A DNA stretch of 64,000 bases from a virus (Duplodnaviria > Caudoviricetes), in the IMG/VR virus record IMGVR_UViG_3300007754_000852. One strand, 5' to 3'. The notes under the pieces are model-generated. The model was not told the DNA's origin. It worked only from the letters and a program-made list of their open reading frames with translations, and did not search any database. Positions 20,552-28,347 of the stretch are shown piece by piece. Numbering within the stretch: the first letter of the stretch is position 1; each line of letters opens with the position of its first letter. Made by a program: the position numbers and the translations under genes.

Positions 20552-21769
20552 TTACTCAAATTCTCTGATTAGCTCAATTATTACCCTCGAATTTGCAACG
20601 GTCTCTCCTTTTCTCTGATTGCGCATAAGAACTGGAACAGTTTTCTGAATTTCCTTACCTGTAAATGGATCATTTATCGTCTCAATTATCTGGACATTTG
20701 ACTGTCCCCTTCTACTCTGCTCATCACCTGACTTATCAAGAAGGCTAGTATCGCTAAGGGTAAATTTATTGATATCTCCATCTGAATTGCCACCTTTAGA
20801 CCTTAAGACTACGGGTGACTTTGACTCATAAATTCCAAAATCTATCTGGGGAGCAGATAGAGTCCTTCTAAACGGACTAGACAGCCCAGGGTGCTGTGGG
20901 GCTAAAATATATGCAGGTACAACCATCTTAAACGTATATCTGACAATTCTCTCATCTGATGAAAAATCTGAAAAGTTGTCTGCTGTCCCTAGAGGTGACT
21001 TCAAGTAAGCAACAAACTGATAACCCGAGTCTGTTTCAATTAGAAAATCATGACCCTGTCCTGTAAATCTTGCCATCATCGACTCAATGATCTGATTCAT
21101 CTGAGTCATATATTGTGTCCAGAATGTTATATCATACTCCAAAGTGACAAACGTAGGATATGGAACAGTTATCACCTCAAAAATATTATCCCCTATTTTC
21201 TCTGCAAGAAGATCACCCTTAGAATTTTTAATTGCACTATTTGATTTACTTCTTCGAGATGCAACCCTTCCTTCAATGCTTCCGCTGTGTGGAAACGATG
21301 AGATATTTTCAAAATTATTTTTTGATGCAACGTTTTTTTGGTTTAGAAGACCTAGCTTATTAATAATATTCTGATAATCTCTATCATTCTTGCTCAACCT
21401 TCTTTTAACAATATAGCTCTGTTGATCCTTATGTGAGATAGGTGTTCCATATCCTGACTGTGATGGATCATGTGATATGCTTGTTCTCTTAATTGATATT
21501 ATTGGTAAAATTATTGCGTTATTCTTGTCTCTTATCGGCTGATTTCTTCTAGTTAATGCAAATCTTTCACCTGTTGAGAATACGACAGGAACGCGCGTTG
21601 CCTGATTGTCAACCTCAATTTCAAATGACAGGCGCTTATCAAACAGATGAAATAGAGCTCTATCAGCATCTTCAATTCCAACAGGAGGAATTAAGAAATC
21701 TTCAGGTACACTCGTACCTTCATATGGGTCAGCAATTCCAGAGCGTGATTTCACATCATTAGACATCAT
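20552..21769 (-). CDS. Tail terminator / sheath stabiliser (T4 gp15-like)
   Basis: VPYPTFVTLEYDITFWTQYMTQMNQIIE pattern; synteny neck-neck-terminator-sheath. Confidence 0.6.
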   Translation of the reverse strand: MMSNDVKSRSGIADPYEGTSVPEDFLIPPVGIEDADRALFHLFDKRLSFEIEVDNQATRVPVVFSTGERFALTRRNQPIRDKNNAIILPIISIKRTSISHDPSQSGYGTPISHKDQQSYIVKRRLSKNDRDYQNIINKLGLLNQKNVASKNNFENISSFPHSGSIEGRVASRRSKSNSAIKNSKGDLLAEKIGDNIFEVITVPYPTFVTLEYDITFWTQYMTQMNQIIESMMARFTGQGHDFLIETDSGYQFVAYLKSPLGTADNFSDFSSDERIVRYTFKMVVPAYILAPQHPGLSSPFRRTLSAPQIDFGIYESKSPVVLRSKGGNSDGDINKFTLSDTSLLDKSGDEQSRRGQSNVQIIETINDPFTGKEIQKTVPVLMRNQRKGETVANSRVIIELIREFE

Positions 21770-22434
21770 TAACTCTCATCGTAAAATGACGATCCAGCTC
21801 CAGTGCTGTCTCCCTTAGATGAGACCTCTGACGGACCTGAGATTGGCTTTTCAAGAACACCCTTTTTCTGTAAGTCTCTAGAGTCAGCAGTCTCGCCTAA
21901 TCTATTAGATGGGAGTCCTCGTTGCTGAACAAATGTATTTTGAATGGCATCTGAATCTGAATTCATCTCGTCTGTTGGTCCAAACACCTTTGAAATGAAC
22001 TGTCCCTTTCTTGACTGCTTACCTGTTATCGTGACATATGACTTAAATTCGATCTCTCCATATATTGTGCTAGAGTCTGGCACCTGAACCACTTCAAAAA
22101 ATACTGATCCGTAGCTAAAAAAGTCACCCTCTCGTATCTGAATCCCTTTATCGTTTAGATCCTTCTTTTGAATGTATGCCTCAATGGTATAATATTCCTC
22201 GCTACCAAAAATATTTGATCTAATATCTTGCGGCTGATACTTTACAACAGCCTCTATCTCAATTGGATTGTCAAACACCTTGTTTGGAGACTCCTCATAG
22301 ACGTCATGAACATCAGACTTGATCTTAGAGATTGGAAAAAAGTATATCTTTTGACCGATCACATCCTTGACAATCTCTTTTCCAATGTCATTTATAAAAT
22401 CTATCTCTCTTTTTGTTATGAATAGCCTAGACAT
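21769..22434 (-). CDS. Neck / head-completion protein (T4 gp14-like)
   Basis: GQKIYFFPI...DVYEES..KVFDNP...IREGDFFSYG pattern; synteny. Confidence 0.65.
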   Translation of the reverse strand: MSRLFITKREIDFINDIGKEIVKDVIGQKIYFFPISKIKSDVHDVYEESPNKVFDNPIEIEAVVKYQPQDIRSNIFGSEEYYTIEAYIQKKDLNDKGIQIREGDFFSYGSVFFEVVQVPDSSTIYGEIEFKSYVTITGKQSRKGQFISKVFGPTDEMNSDSDAIQNTFVQQRGLPSNRLGETADSRDLQKKGVLEKPISGPSEVSSKGDSTGAGSSFYDES

Positions 22435-22437
22435 CTA

Positions 22438-23613
22438 TTACCCCATAAAAATTGCTAAACCGTTTGGCATAGGAACATACTTCAACTGTTTCTGAATGGC
22501 CTCTGCACGTGCTGCAGCAACTTCCATTAGCTTATCATACGTCATCGTATCAAGCATCTCTCTTAATTGTGTCTTTAACTTATCCTTATCTTCTCTTCCT
22601 TGTGAAACTAAGCCTTCTCCATTTAATTTTAGATCTGATCCTGGGACTGGGATTGATCCGAACTTTGATCTAATTAGTCCTAATTGTTCTCTGCTTAATG
22701 CAAGAGCAAACTGTCTTATCCACTGTCTTCCTATGCTGTTGATATTGTCATACCTTAAATTTCCAAACGGAATGTCTCCAAGATTAGACACTCCGTCTAT
22801 GGTTTCATCTTTATACGCAGGATTGAGGGGATCAGAAAAGAATCTAACTCGTAGAAATAGCTTCTTAGGATCATCCTTTGTTGGTTTTGGAAAAATTCTT
22901 ATCTTTGTTCCAATCACCTCATATGAGTAATTTGACCTTCTAACCCTGTTAGATAGATCTAGCTGTCCAGCACGAAGAATATCTTCAAAAACAGGAAGAA
23001 CATAAAATATAGTCTCAGGTGTGAACGATTCAAATGAAAACTCATTATTGAGATAGTTTATCGCTGATGTTGTATCAAAAAATCTATATGCTGCCTGGGG
23101 AGATACATGAAACACCTCACTTATCTGGACCTTACTTCTAGGGCTAGAGTTCATGCTAGATGAAAATACTAGGTTTCCGGCATAATCCTTTAGCTCATCA
23201 TAGATGTCATAGTCTTGGCGACCTTTCTCAAGGTCGATAGACCCAGATAGCATATTATATGATCCTCCGACGCCTGCCTCAAACGAGTATGGCTCTGCGA
23301 ATCTTGTCAGATAGTCAAGATTTTCCCTTGGGTATTTTTGCTCAGATCCAGACATAATGCTGCCTGTTGGCATTCCAAGAAATTGAACAAGCTGTGACTT
23401 AGCCTGATACTGATTTAATATTGATCCATACTCTAGCAGAGACTCCTCAAGATTTCCCCATATCTGCTTCTTCGTTAGCTCGACACTAAGAACATCATCA
23501 CCCAGCTTTCTCTTTACAAATGTTACAACACTGTCAGCTTCCGTCTGGAAGTCTGACTCACTATCAAAGAAACCAAAAGGAGTAGGATTTGATGTTTGTG
23601 AAAATGTTGCCAC
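22438..23613 (-). CDS. Neck / head-tail adaptor protein (T4 gp13-like)
   Basis: KRKLGDDVLSVELTKKQI N-term; WIRQFALALSREQLG...LNGEGL..QGREDKDKL C-term; synteny. Confidence 0.7.
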   Translation of the reverse strand: MATFSQTSNPTPFGFFDSESDFQTEADSVVTFVKRKLGDDVLSVELTKKQIWGNLEESLLEYGSILNQYQAKSQLVQFLGMPTGSIMSGSEQKYPRENLDYLTRFAEPYSFEAGVGGSYNMLSGSIDLEKGRQDYDIYDELKDYAGNLVFSSSMNSSPRSKVQISEVFHVSPQAAYRFFDTTSAINYLNNEFSFESFTPETIFYVLPVFEDILRAGQLDLSNRVRRSNYSYEVIGTKIRIFPKPTKDDPKKLFLRVRFFSDPLNPAYKDETIDGVSNLGDIPFGNLRYDNINSIGRQWIRQFALALSREQLGLIRSKFGSIPVPGSDLKLNGEGLVSQGREDKDKLKTQLREMLDTMTYDKLMEVAAARAEAIQKQLKYVPMPNGLAIFMG

Positions 23614-23710
23614 TTTTTAGCTCTCTATTGATGAACGCACTTCTATTATTAATTATCTACACGACATGAACGATTCCTAAAACAGCGTGGTCATTTACTA
23701 AAAACTTAAC

Positions 23711-23743
23711 GCAAAGAAAGCTCGGACGTTATCATTCCGAGCT
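23711..23743 (-). terminator. Rho-independent terminator
   Basis: 8-bp stem AGCTCGGA/TCCGAGCT (23719-23743) followed on minus strand by TTCTTTGC. Confidence 0.65.
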
Positions 23744-23835
23744 CTCAGTCAGCTTCTGTTTATCACCACAACTAATATCTGATGTAAACCATTGCTTTGC
23801 TATTAAGGTAGATCTGTGTTAAATCTACATAAATA

Positions 23836-24291
23836 TTAGTTTGCTGCTGTATTGACGAATGTCAGTGTTCCGCTAGATGCTAGAACCTGATACTGACGAC
23901 CGTCACATAGCAGTGTAACTGCTGCACCAACAGTTCCTGTTAGCTTTAACTGACCACCATCTAGACGATGGTCAGGAAGACTTCCGCTACCCTCTCTGGC
24001 TCCAAGCCCTGAGGCGCAGAAAATTGACCTTCCATCGACATCAGAGCCAGTTAAACTGTGAACTGGGCTTGTGAGTGACCTAAACGTCCACAGTGAGCCT
24101 GGTACATCAGCTGCCTTTGGCAGTGTTGCAGTTAGTGGTGATGTTGAGTTAAATGTATAAACACCACCTCTAGATACTGTGGCATTTGCTGTTAGTGACG
24201 TTACGTCATAGACGGGAGCCTCTGCAAATTCTATTCCTGACCCTGGCTCTTGGACCAAACCTTTGCTATTTGTTACTTTAACCTTAGGCAT
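23836..24291 (-). CDS. Hypothetical protein, possibly virion-associated (151 aa)
   Basis: Clean ORF with upstream AAGGA; G/S/T-rich, beta-like composition; near capsid gene. Confidence 0.7.
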   Translation of the reverse strand: MPKVKVTNSKGLVQEPGSGIEFAEAPVYDVTSLTANATVSRGGVYTFNSTSPLTATLPKAADVPGSLWTFRSLTSPVHSLTGSDVDGRSIFCASGLGAREGSGSLPDHRLDGGQLKLTGTVGAAVTLLCDGRQYQVLASSGTLTFVNTAAN

Positions 24292-24296
24292 GATAA

Positions 24297-24584
24297 TTAA
24301 TTCCTTTTATTTTTCTTATTTTTTGAGGTGACGCTACCCAACATATCACTAACTGATTTCTTCTTAGGTTTTTCAGCTACAACAGACCTCTTTTGTGAGA
24401 CAGGTTTTGCGGGCGTCGGCTTCGCGACAGGTTTCACAACCTTTACCTCAGGAGCATCTTGCTTCAACTCTTGAACAACAGTTCTTGGCTTTTCATCCGC
24501 AGAGACATCATTCTTTACCGGCATTCCATTCTTGTCAACCTTTGTAACCTTACCAAATACCTTTCTTATGGCCCTAATGCCCAT
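24297..24584 (-). CDS. Hypothetical basic, Lys/Pro-rich protein (95 aa)
   Basis: ATG with GAGG SD; ATATTTAT motif upstream. Confidence 0.65.
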   Translation of the reverse strand: MGIRAIRKVFGKVTKVDKNGMPVKNDVSADEKPRTVVQELKQDAPEVKVVKPVAKPTPAKPVSQKRSVVAEKPKKKSVSDMLGSVTSKNKKNKRN

Positions 24585-24678
24585 CTTAACATCCTCACTC
24601 TATTGAGATTATTTCATCAAATATAAATATACAGATATTGGCAAACTGATCAGTAGAGGATACCACTTTAATAAAATA

Positions 24679-24990
24679 TTAGTGAATTACGATCTCTCTC
24701 ACCTTGTCTCTCATATTATATCTCTCCATCGACATAACTGCACCGTAGGCACCTGCATTCTCAATCAGGATGACATCTCCGGGCCTTGTCTCAGGCATCA
24801 ATCTATTAAATCCCATCACATCTCCGCTCTCACATATGGGACCAACGATCTGATATCTGCTGGCAGGTTCATCATTGAGCCTTGACAGGTTAAAGATCTC
24901 GTGATGCGCCTCATACATCGCTGGGCGGATGAGCGTGTGCATGCCGGCATCAATTCCAATGAACCTGAGGTTGTTCTTCTTTCTTACCTG
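24679..24990 (-). pseudogene. lysA: C-terminal fragment of diaminopimelate decarboxylase (beta domain only)
   Basis: FIGIDAGMHTLIRPAMYEAHHEI...IVGPICESGDVMG...GDVILIENAGAYGAVMS..YNMR are LysA C-terminal motifs; PLP-binding TIM barrel absent; 5' boundary approximate. Confidence 0.8.
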
Positions 24991-25462
24991 AGCCCACACT
25001 GTGTCCGAGACCAAATGCTGCGTGCGGATCTATGCTTCCCAAATCAGAAATGCTTATTTGACCTGTAGCTTTCCAGCTATCATGAGACTCACGAGGGTGT
25101 GCTTCATCGCATGATTGTCCTTCATGATCGCTGTGAAGTACTTCCATCCCAGTATCATTATCATAATCTTCATATTCTTGCTCACCAGAAAGACTATCAA
25201 CAACACCTTCAAGAGCAGATCTAGTAGCTGGACAAGACGTATCATTTGCTATAGCCATGACAGCCTTAAGCGCCTCTTGTCTAGTAAGTGGTGATCCAGG
25301 TCCATCATCAGGTAGCACATCTGGTGAAACTCTAGACATAAGACTGACCTCACCATGTCCAGGGTCTTCAGCTCCAGCTGCACAAGGTCCGCACATCTCT
25401 ATCAAGATATTATTAACTTCGTTCAGTATTAGATTTTTGAACTGTCTTTTAGTTATTCTCAC
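24950..25462 (-). CDS. Hypothetical acidic head-region protein with MRITKRQFKNLILNE leader (170 aa)
   Basis: GTG start with GGAG SD; leader shared with neighbours. Confidence 0.7.
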   Translation of the reverse strand: MRITKRQFKNLILNEVNNILIEMCGPCAAGAEDPGHGEVSLMSRVSPDVLPDDGPGSPLTRQEALKAVMAIANDTSCPATRSALEGVVDSLSGEQEYEDYDNDTGMEVLHSDHEGQSCDEAHPRESHDSWKATGQISISDLGSIDPHAAFGLGHSVGSGKKEEQPQVHWN

Positions 25463-25736
25463 GATCTCTCCAGCTTAATGATCCACCAGGAATTTTTCTT
25501 GATCCTGGAAAAGGCTCTGTTACAAATTCTTCTTTTTCTTCTTCGCTTGGTCTATATGACCCGGGATTAAGTATATCAGCAGCATAAACTATAATCTTAT
25601 ATGCCTCTTCTTTGCTCCACTCAGATGATAACGTTGATGCGAGATTCTCAGATGCCTGAAGGATTTCATATTCTTTATCCGAATCCTCATAAACCTCTTT
25701 AATGATTCTTTGAAGCATTTTTTGTGAGACTTTCAT
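25449..25736 (-). CDS. Hypothetical acidic protein with MKVSQKMLQRIIKE leader
   Basis: Start revised to ATG at 25736, 8 nt after the previous stop; shared leader. Confidence 0.7.
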   Translation of the reverse strand: MKVSQKMLQRIIKEVYEDSDKEYEILQASENLASTLSSEWSKEEAYKIIVYAADILNPGSYRPSEEEKEEFVTEPFPGSRKIPGGSLSWRDRENN

Positions 25737-25743
25737 GATATGA

Positions 25744-26151
25744 TTATATTTCTCCCTCATCATACCCTAGTACGGTTCTATGAATCATGCTACTGAGCGC
25801 TGTGTCGAATCCCTCTTGTATCTCTATTTCTCTAGGCCATGATTCTTCACCAGTACTTGATGAGTGAACAATATGTCTGACCTTCATATATGCCCTCGCT
25901 ATTGGATCAATTGAGCTTCTAGCCTCTGACTGAAGAATGTTCATAGTTACATTAAAAGCTTCATCAGATAGCGCTCCCCATTTTTCTCTGGATCGTTTTT
26001 CTTCTTCTCGTCTTTCTAGTGATCGTATCGCTTCAGGTTCTGGTGCATCAAATATACTAGCACTTTCAGACTCACCTGCGACCTCTTCACTCTCTATTTC
26101 TTCAAATGCCTCTAGAATGATTTTCCTAAGTTCATTTTTTGTGACTCTCAC
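25744..26151 (-). CDS. Hypothetical acidic protein with MRVTKNELRKIILE leader
   Basis: Start revised to GTG at 26151 with GGAG SD; shared leader; ATAGTTAT upstream. Confidence 0.7.
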   Translation of the reverse strand: MRVTKNELRKIILEAFEEIESEEVAGESESASIFDAPEPEAIRSLERREEEKRSREKWGALSDEAFNVTMNILQSEARSSIDPIARAYMKVRHIVHSSSTGEESWPREIEIQEGFDTALSSMIHRTVLGYDEGEI

Positions 26152-26317
26152 AGCTATCTCCAAAAAGTAATTCAGATATAACTATTTACTTCACAATGAA
26201 ATAATATGATGTCAATATGCTTATTGTACCATTATACAGCTAGTGATTGTGACAGCCCACGATATGAAAAGTATTGTACCAAGAACAGCTGCAAATAGAG
26301 ACTCACTATCAACTTTT

Positions 26318-26641
26318 TTATCGTGTGTGTCTGTGATGACTATGTCCCTGCCTGTGGTGGTTGTGTCCCTGTCTGTGATAATGTCGATTAGCTGGCGGAC
26401 CCTGCTTATGTGTTCTATATGATTTACCAAGTGACTTGTGATTCCAATAGCCCCCGTTCCATCTATATTTTCTAACGATAGTGTTTTTTCCTACACCGTA
26501 TTTTAGATATGACCAGTAACCAGGAACCCAGATCCACCCGGATTGAACGCTGACTGAAACTCCACTTCTAGCTGATGTGTGAGCGTGTGCTGAACAGCTA
26601 GTTCCAAAAAAACTAAGGGCAGCTAATAGCATAAACTTCAT
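26318..26641 (-). CDS. Secreted WXXGXW/YXWGXW-repeat protein with His-rich tail (107 aa)
   Basis: Signal-peptide-like MKFMLLAALSFFGTSCSAHA; WIWVPGYW and YRWNGGYW; tail HRQGHNHHRQGHSHHRH; GGAG SD. Confidence 0.7.
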   Translation of the reverse strand: MKFMLLAALSFFGTSCSAHAHTSARSGVSVSVQSGWIWVPGYWSYLKYGVGKNTIVRKYRWNGGYWNHKSLGKSYRTHKQGPPANRHYHRQGHNHHRQGHSHHRHTR

Positions 26642-26681
26642 GTTAAACTCCTATATATGATGCTTACATATATTATAAGCT

Positions 26682-26909
26682 TTAGGGCTGCCTTTCATTC
26701 AATTTTTTATTAAAAAAGTTTATTTTTTCTTCTTCAAGCCTGTCTGCTAGCCTTATAACATTAGTAGAAAATGTTTCTGTAAACAGAAATGGAACTATTG
26801 CGTGAATCACGCTAACAAAAAGCATCATTGCTGACCACACAGCAAATCCAAAAGATCTGTAGAAGTGTCCTAGATATGTCATGTCCGTATCTTTTAAATG
26901 TTTAAACAA
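26682..26909 (-). CDS. Small membrane protein resembling DUF6356 (75 aa)
   Basis: HL...MTYLGHF...VIHAIVPFLFTETFS pattern; TTG start with AAGGT SD. Confidence 0.6.
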   Translation of the reverse strand: MFKHLKDTDMTYLGHFYRSFGFAVWSAMMLFVSVIHAIVPFLFTETFSTNVIRLADRLEEEKINFFNKKLNERQP

Positions 26910-26948
26910 AATTTTACCTTTTATTTTATAACTATTTCACTAAGATAT

Positions 26949-26976
26949 AAAAAGGGCCGGTCGAAAGACCGGCCCT
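26949..26976 (-). terminator. Rho-independent terminator closing the large ncRNA
   Basis: Perfect 10-bp stem AGGGCCGGTC-TTTC-GACCGGCCCT followed by TTTTAT on the minus strand. Confidence 0.85.
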
Positions 26977-27647
26977 AGATGGGGGAAAAGCGCAGCATAC
27001 CTCGCTTTTCATTCTCGTGACCCTCAACTCCGCTTGAATTCGAAGCTGTCCCTTTTGGTTAGAGGTGCACACACCGACCTGTAAAGCCGTTCACGAGCTT
27101 TCTCCCTGTTCTTAGGCTGTAATACCTACGGAACAGCACGCCCTACTATCGCCATGACATTCTGCGTTCTCTTGAGTGAGCTGTACACTTCACCTCGTGA
27201 TCGCGCGCCCTGCTTCCAAACCTTGGGAGCATATCCACAGGACCCCTTTCGGGACGGTGGTCTTGTTGCCAATTCCACCAGAGAGACTTCTGTCACCGAC
27301 AGTTAGATTCTGAAGAGAGTTAACCCTTCTTCCCAAGACATCATAGCCTTTCGGCTTCTTGGATTGCCCTTGTCCCGTTTCCACGATGAACCTACAAGTC
27401 CATGGATACCCTCGGTAGCACTTCCCTAGCGGAATAGGGACTCATACCTTAGGCCACTGAACGACTTCGAAAGTTCCACCTTCCTTAACTCGTCCCTCCT
27501 CTTAGTGAAGCGGCATGACGTAAGAACGTCACCTTCTCCATCGGAGTTTTCTCTATCCTAATACCAAAAGATATTAGATCCAGGAGCCAGTAACTCCACC
27601 TGGATTTTTGGACCCGAGAACATGGGTCACATAAATTTTCAAAGAAC
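26977..27647 (-). ncRNA. Large structured non-coding RNA (~670 nt); resembles GOLLD/ROOL-type large phage RNAs in size and style, family unconfirmed
   Basis: No credible ORF; GC-richer than the flanking AT-rich spacers; many hairpins incl. GAAA/GCAA tetraloops and G-U pairs on minus strand; bounded by a promoter and a terminator. Confidence 0.75.
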
Positions 27648-27653
27648 TATAGA

Positions 27654-27682
27654 AGTATATACCTTCTACTTCTGTTGTACAA
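27654..27682 (-). promoter_or_regulatory. Sigma70-type promoter for the ncRNA
   Basis: Minus strand TTGTAC (27682-27677), 17 bp spacer, TATACT (27659-27654). Confidence 0.6.
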
Positions 27683-27684
27683 AA

Positions 27685-28239
27685 TTATACATCTTGTCTC
27701 TGCGATGTTTTAATGCCCGCGATTCTTTGCTTTTCTCTATATTCTGGTGTTCTAAGTGTGGCACATCTCTCATCATAGTTATCCTTCCATCTCTTTTTTG
27801 CAGCTCGGCTATAGTTTTCTCTATGTGTGGCAGTTCTAACCTTTCCATAGTTTGGAGAATTAATTCCTTTTTTGCCATACATGCCGTTATTTTTACCTAT
27901 TGATGAGTGGCCTGAAACGTATTTCGCGAAACCTCCTTTGTTATATCTTACTTTCTCTCCGCAGCCACACTTGCACACGGGCCATTTGCCATCGTGATTA
28001 AACTTAACAATATAGTCTACAAACTCTACCTGATGTTCTTTTCTTACGTGTCTTGCGAGAACATTGTTTGTATTTGCAACTCGTTTATTGCAGATATTAC
28101 AAGACAATTTAAACTCAACACTCTTGTCATATAGCTTTTCTGCAATATCCTTATGCCAATAACCGATATGCGACCCTATTGATCTTTTTGTATTGCTTAG
28201 CAGTTTATCGCAGTATTCACACTTTACTTTTTCTACCAT
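27685..28239 (-). CDS. Zinc-finger / NUMOD3-like DNA-binding protein lacking a nuclease domain (184 aa); possibly a truncated homing endonuclease
   Basis: CEYC..HIGYWH, CNIC..HVRKEH, CKCGC..VSGH, GKNNGMYGKKG; parallels the N-terminus of the 12547-14202 protein; GAGGT SD. Confidence 0.7.
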   Translation of the reverse strand: MVEKVKCEYCDKLLSNTKRSIGSHIGYWHKDIAEKLYDKSVEFKLSCNICNKRVANTNNVLARHVRKEHQVEFVDYIVKFNHDGKWPVCKCGCGEKVRYNKGGFAKYVSGHSSIGKNNGMYGKKGINSPNYGKVRTATHRENYSRAAKKRWKDNYDERCATLRTPEYREKQRIAGIKTSQRQDV

Positions 28240-28297
28240 ATTTACCTCTACATAGTAATAATATAGTATGAATAGATTTTTGTAAACTACTTAAAAT

Positions 28298-28325
28298 AAA
28301 AAAGGAGGGAGCAAAAGCTCCCTCC
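28298..28325 (-). terminator. Rho-independent terminator after the major capsid gene
   Basis: GGAGGGAGC-TTTT-GCTCCCTCC followed by TTTTTT on the minus strand, 23 nt after the capsid stop. Confidence 0.9.
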
Positions 28326-28347
28326 CCGTTCATTAGATGAACTTTTT

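Noticed and set aside
26221-26430. 69-aa ORF with hydrophobic C-terminus
   Set aside because: Its first half overlaps the His-rich repeat of the 107-aa gene and no convincing start or SD was found; a short membrane peptide cannot be excluded.
27190-27384. 64-aa ORF (METGQGQSKK...) inside the structured region
   Set aside because: Short, with no SD or recognisable motif; hairpins run through it regardless of frame, so it is better explained by the ncRNA.
26977-27647. Group I/II intron, tmRNA, RNase P or HEARO/omegaRNA identity for the RNA
   Set aside because: No interrupted gene flanks it; I found no GUGCG start or domain V, no tRNA-like GGGGC...CCA ends, no GAGGAAAGUCC, and no IscB/TnpB downstream. 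Judged by eye only; a covariance search is still needed.
27666-27878. 70-aa ORF as a frameshifted continuation or nuclease of the zinc-finger protein
   Set aside because: It lies almost entirely within the 184-aa ORF in another frame and has no nuclease motif.
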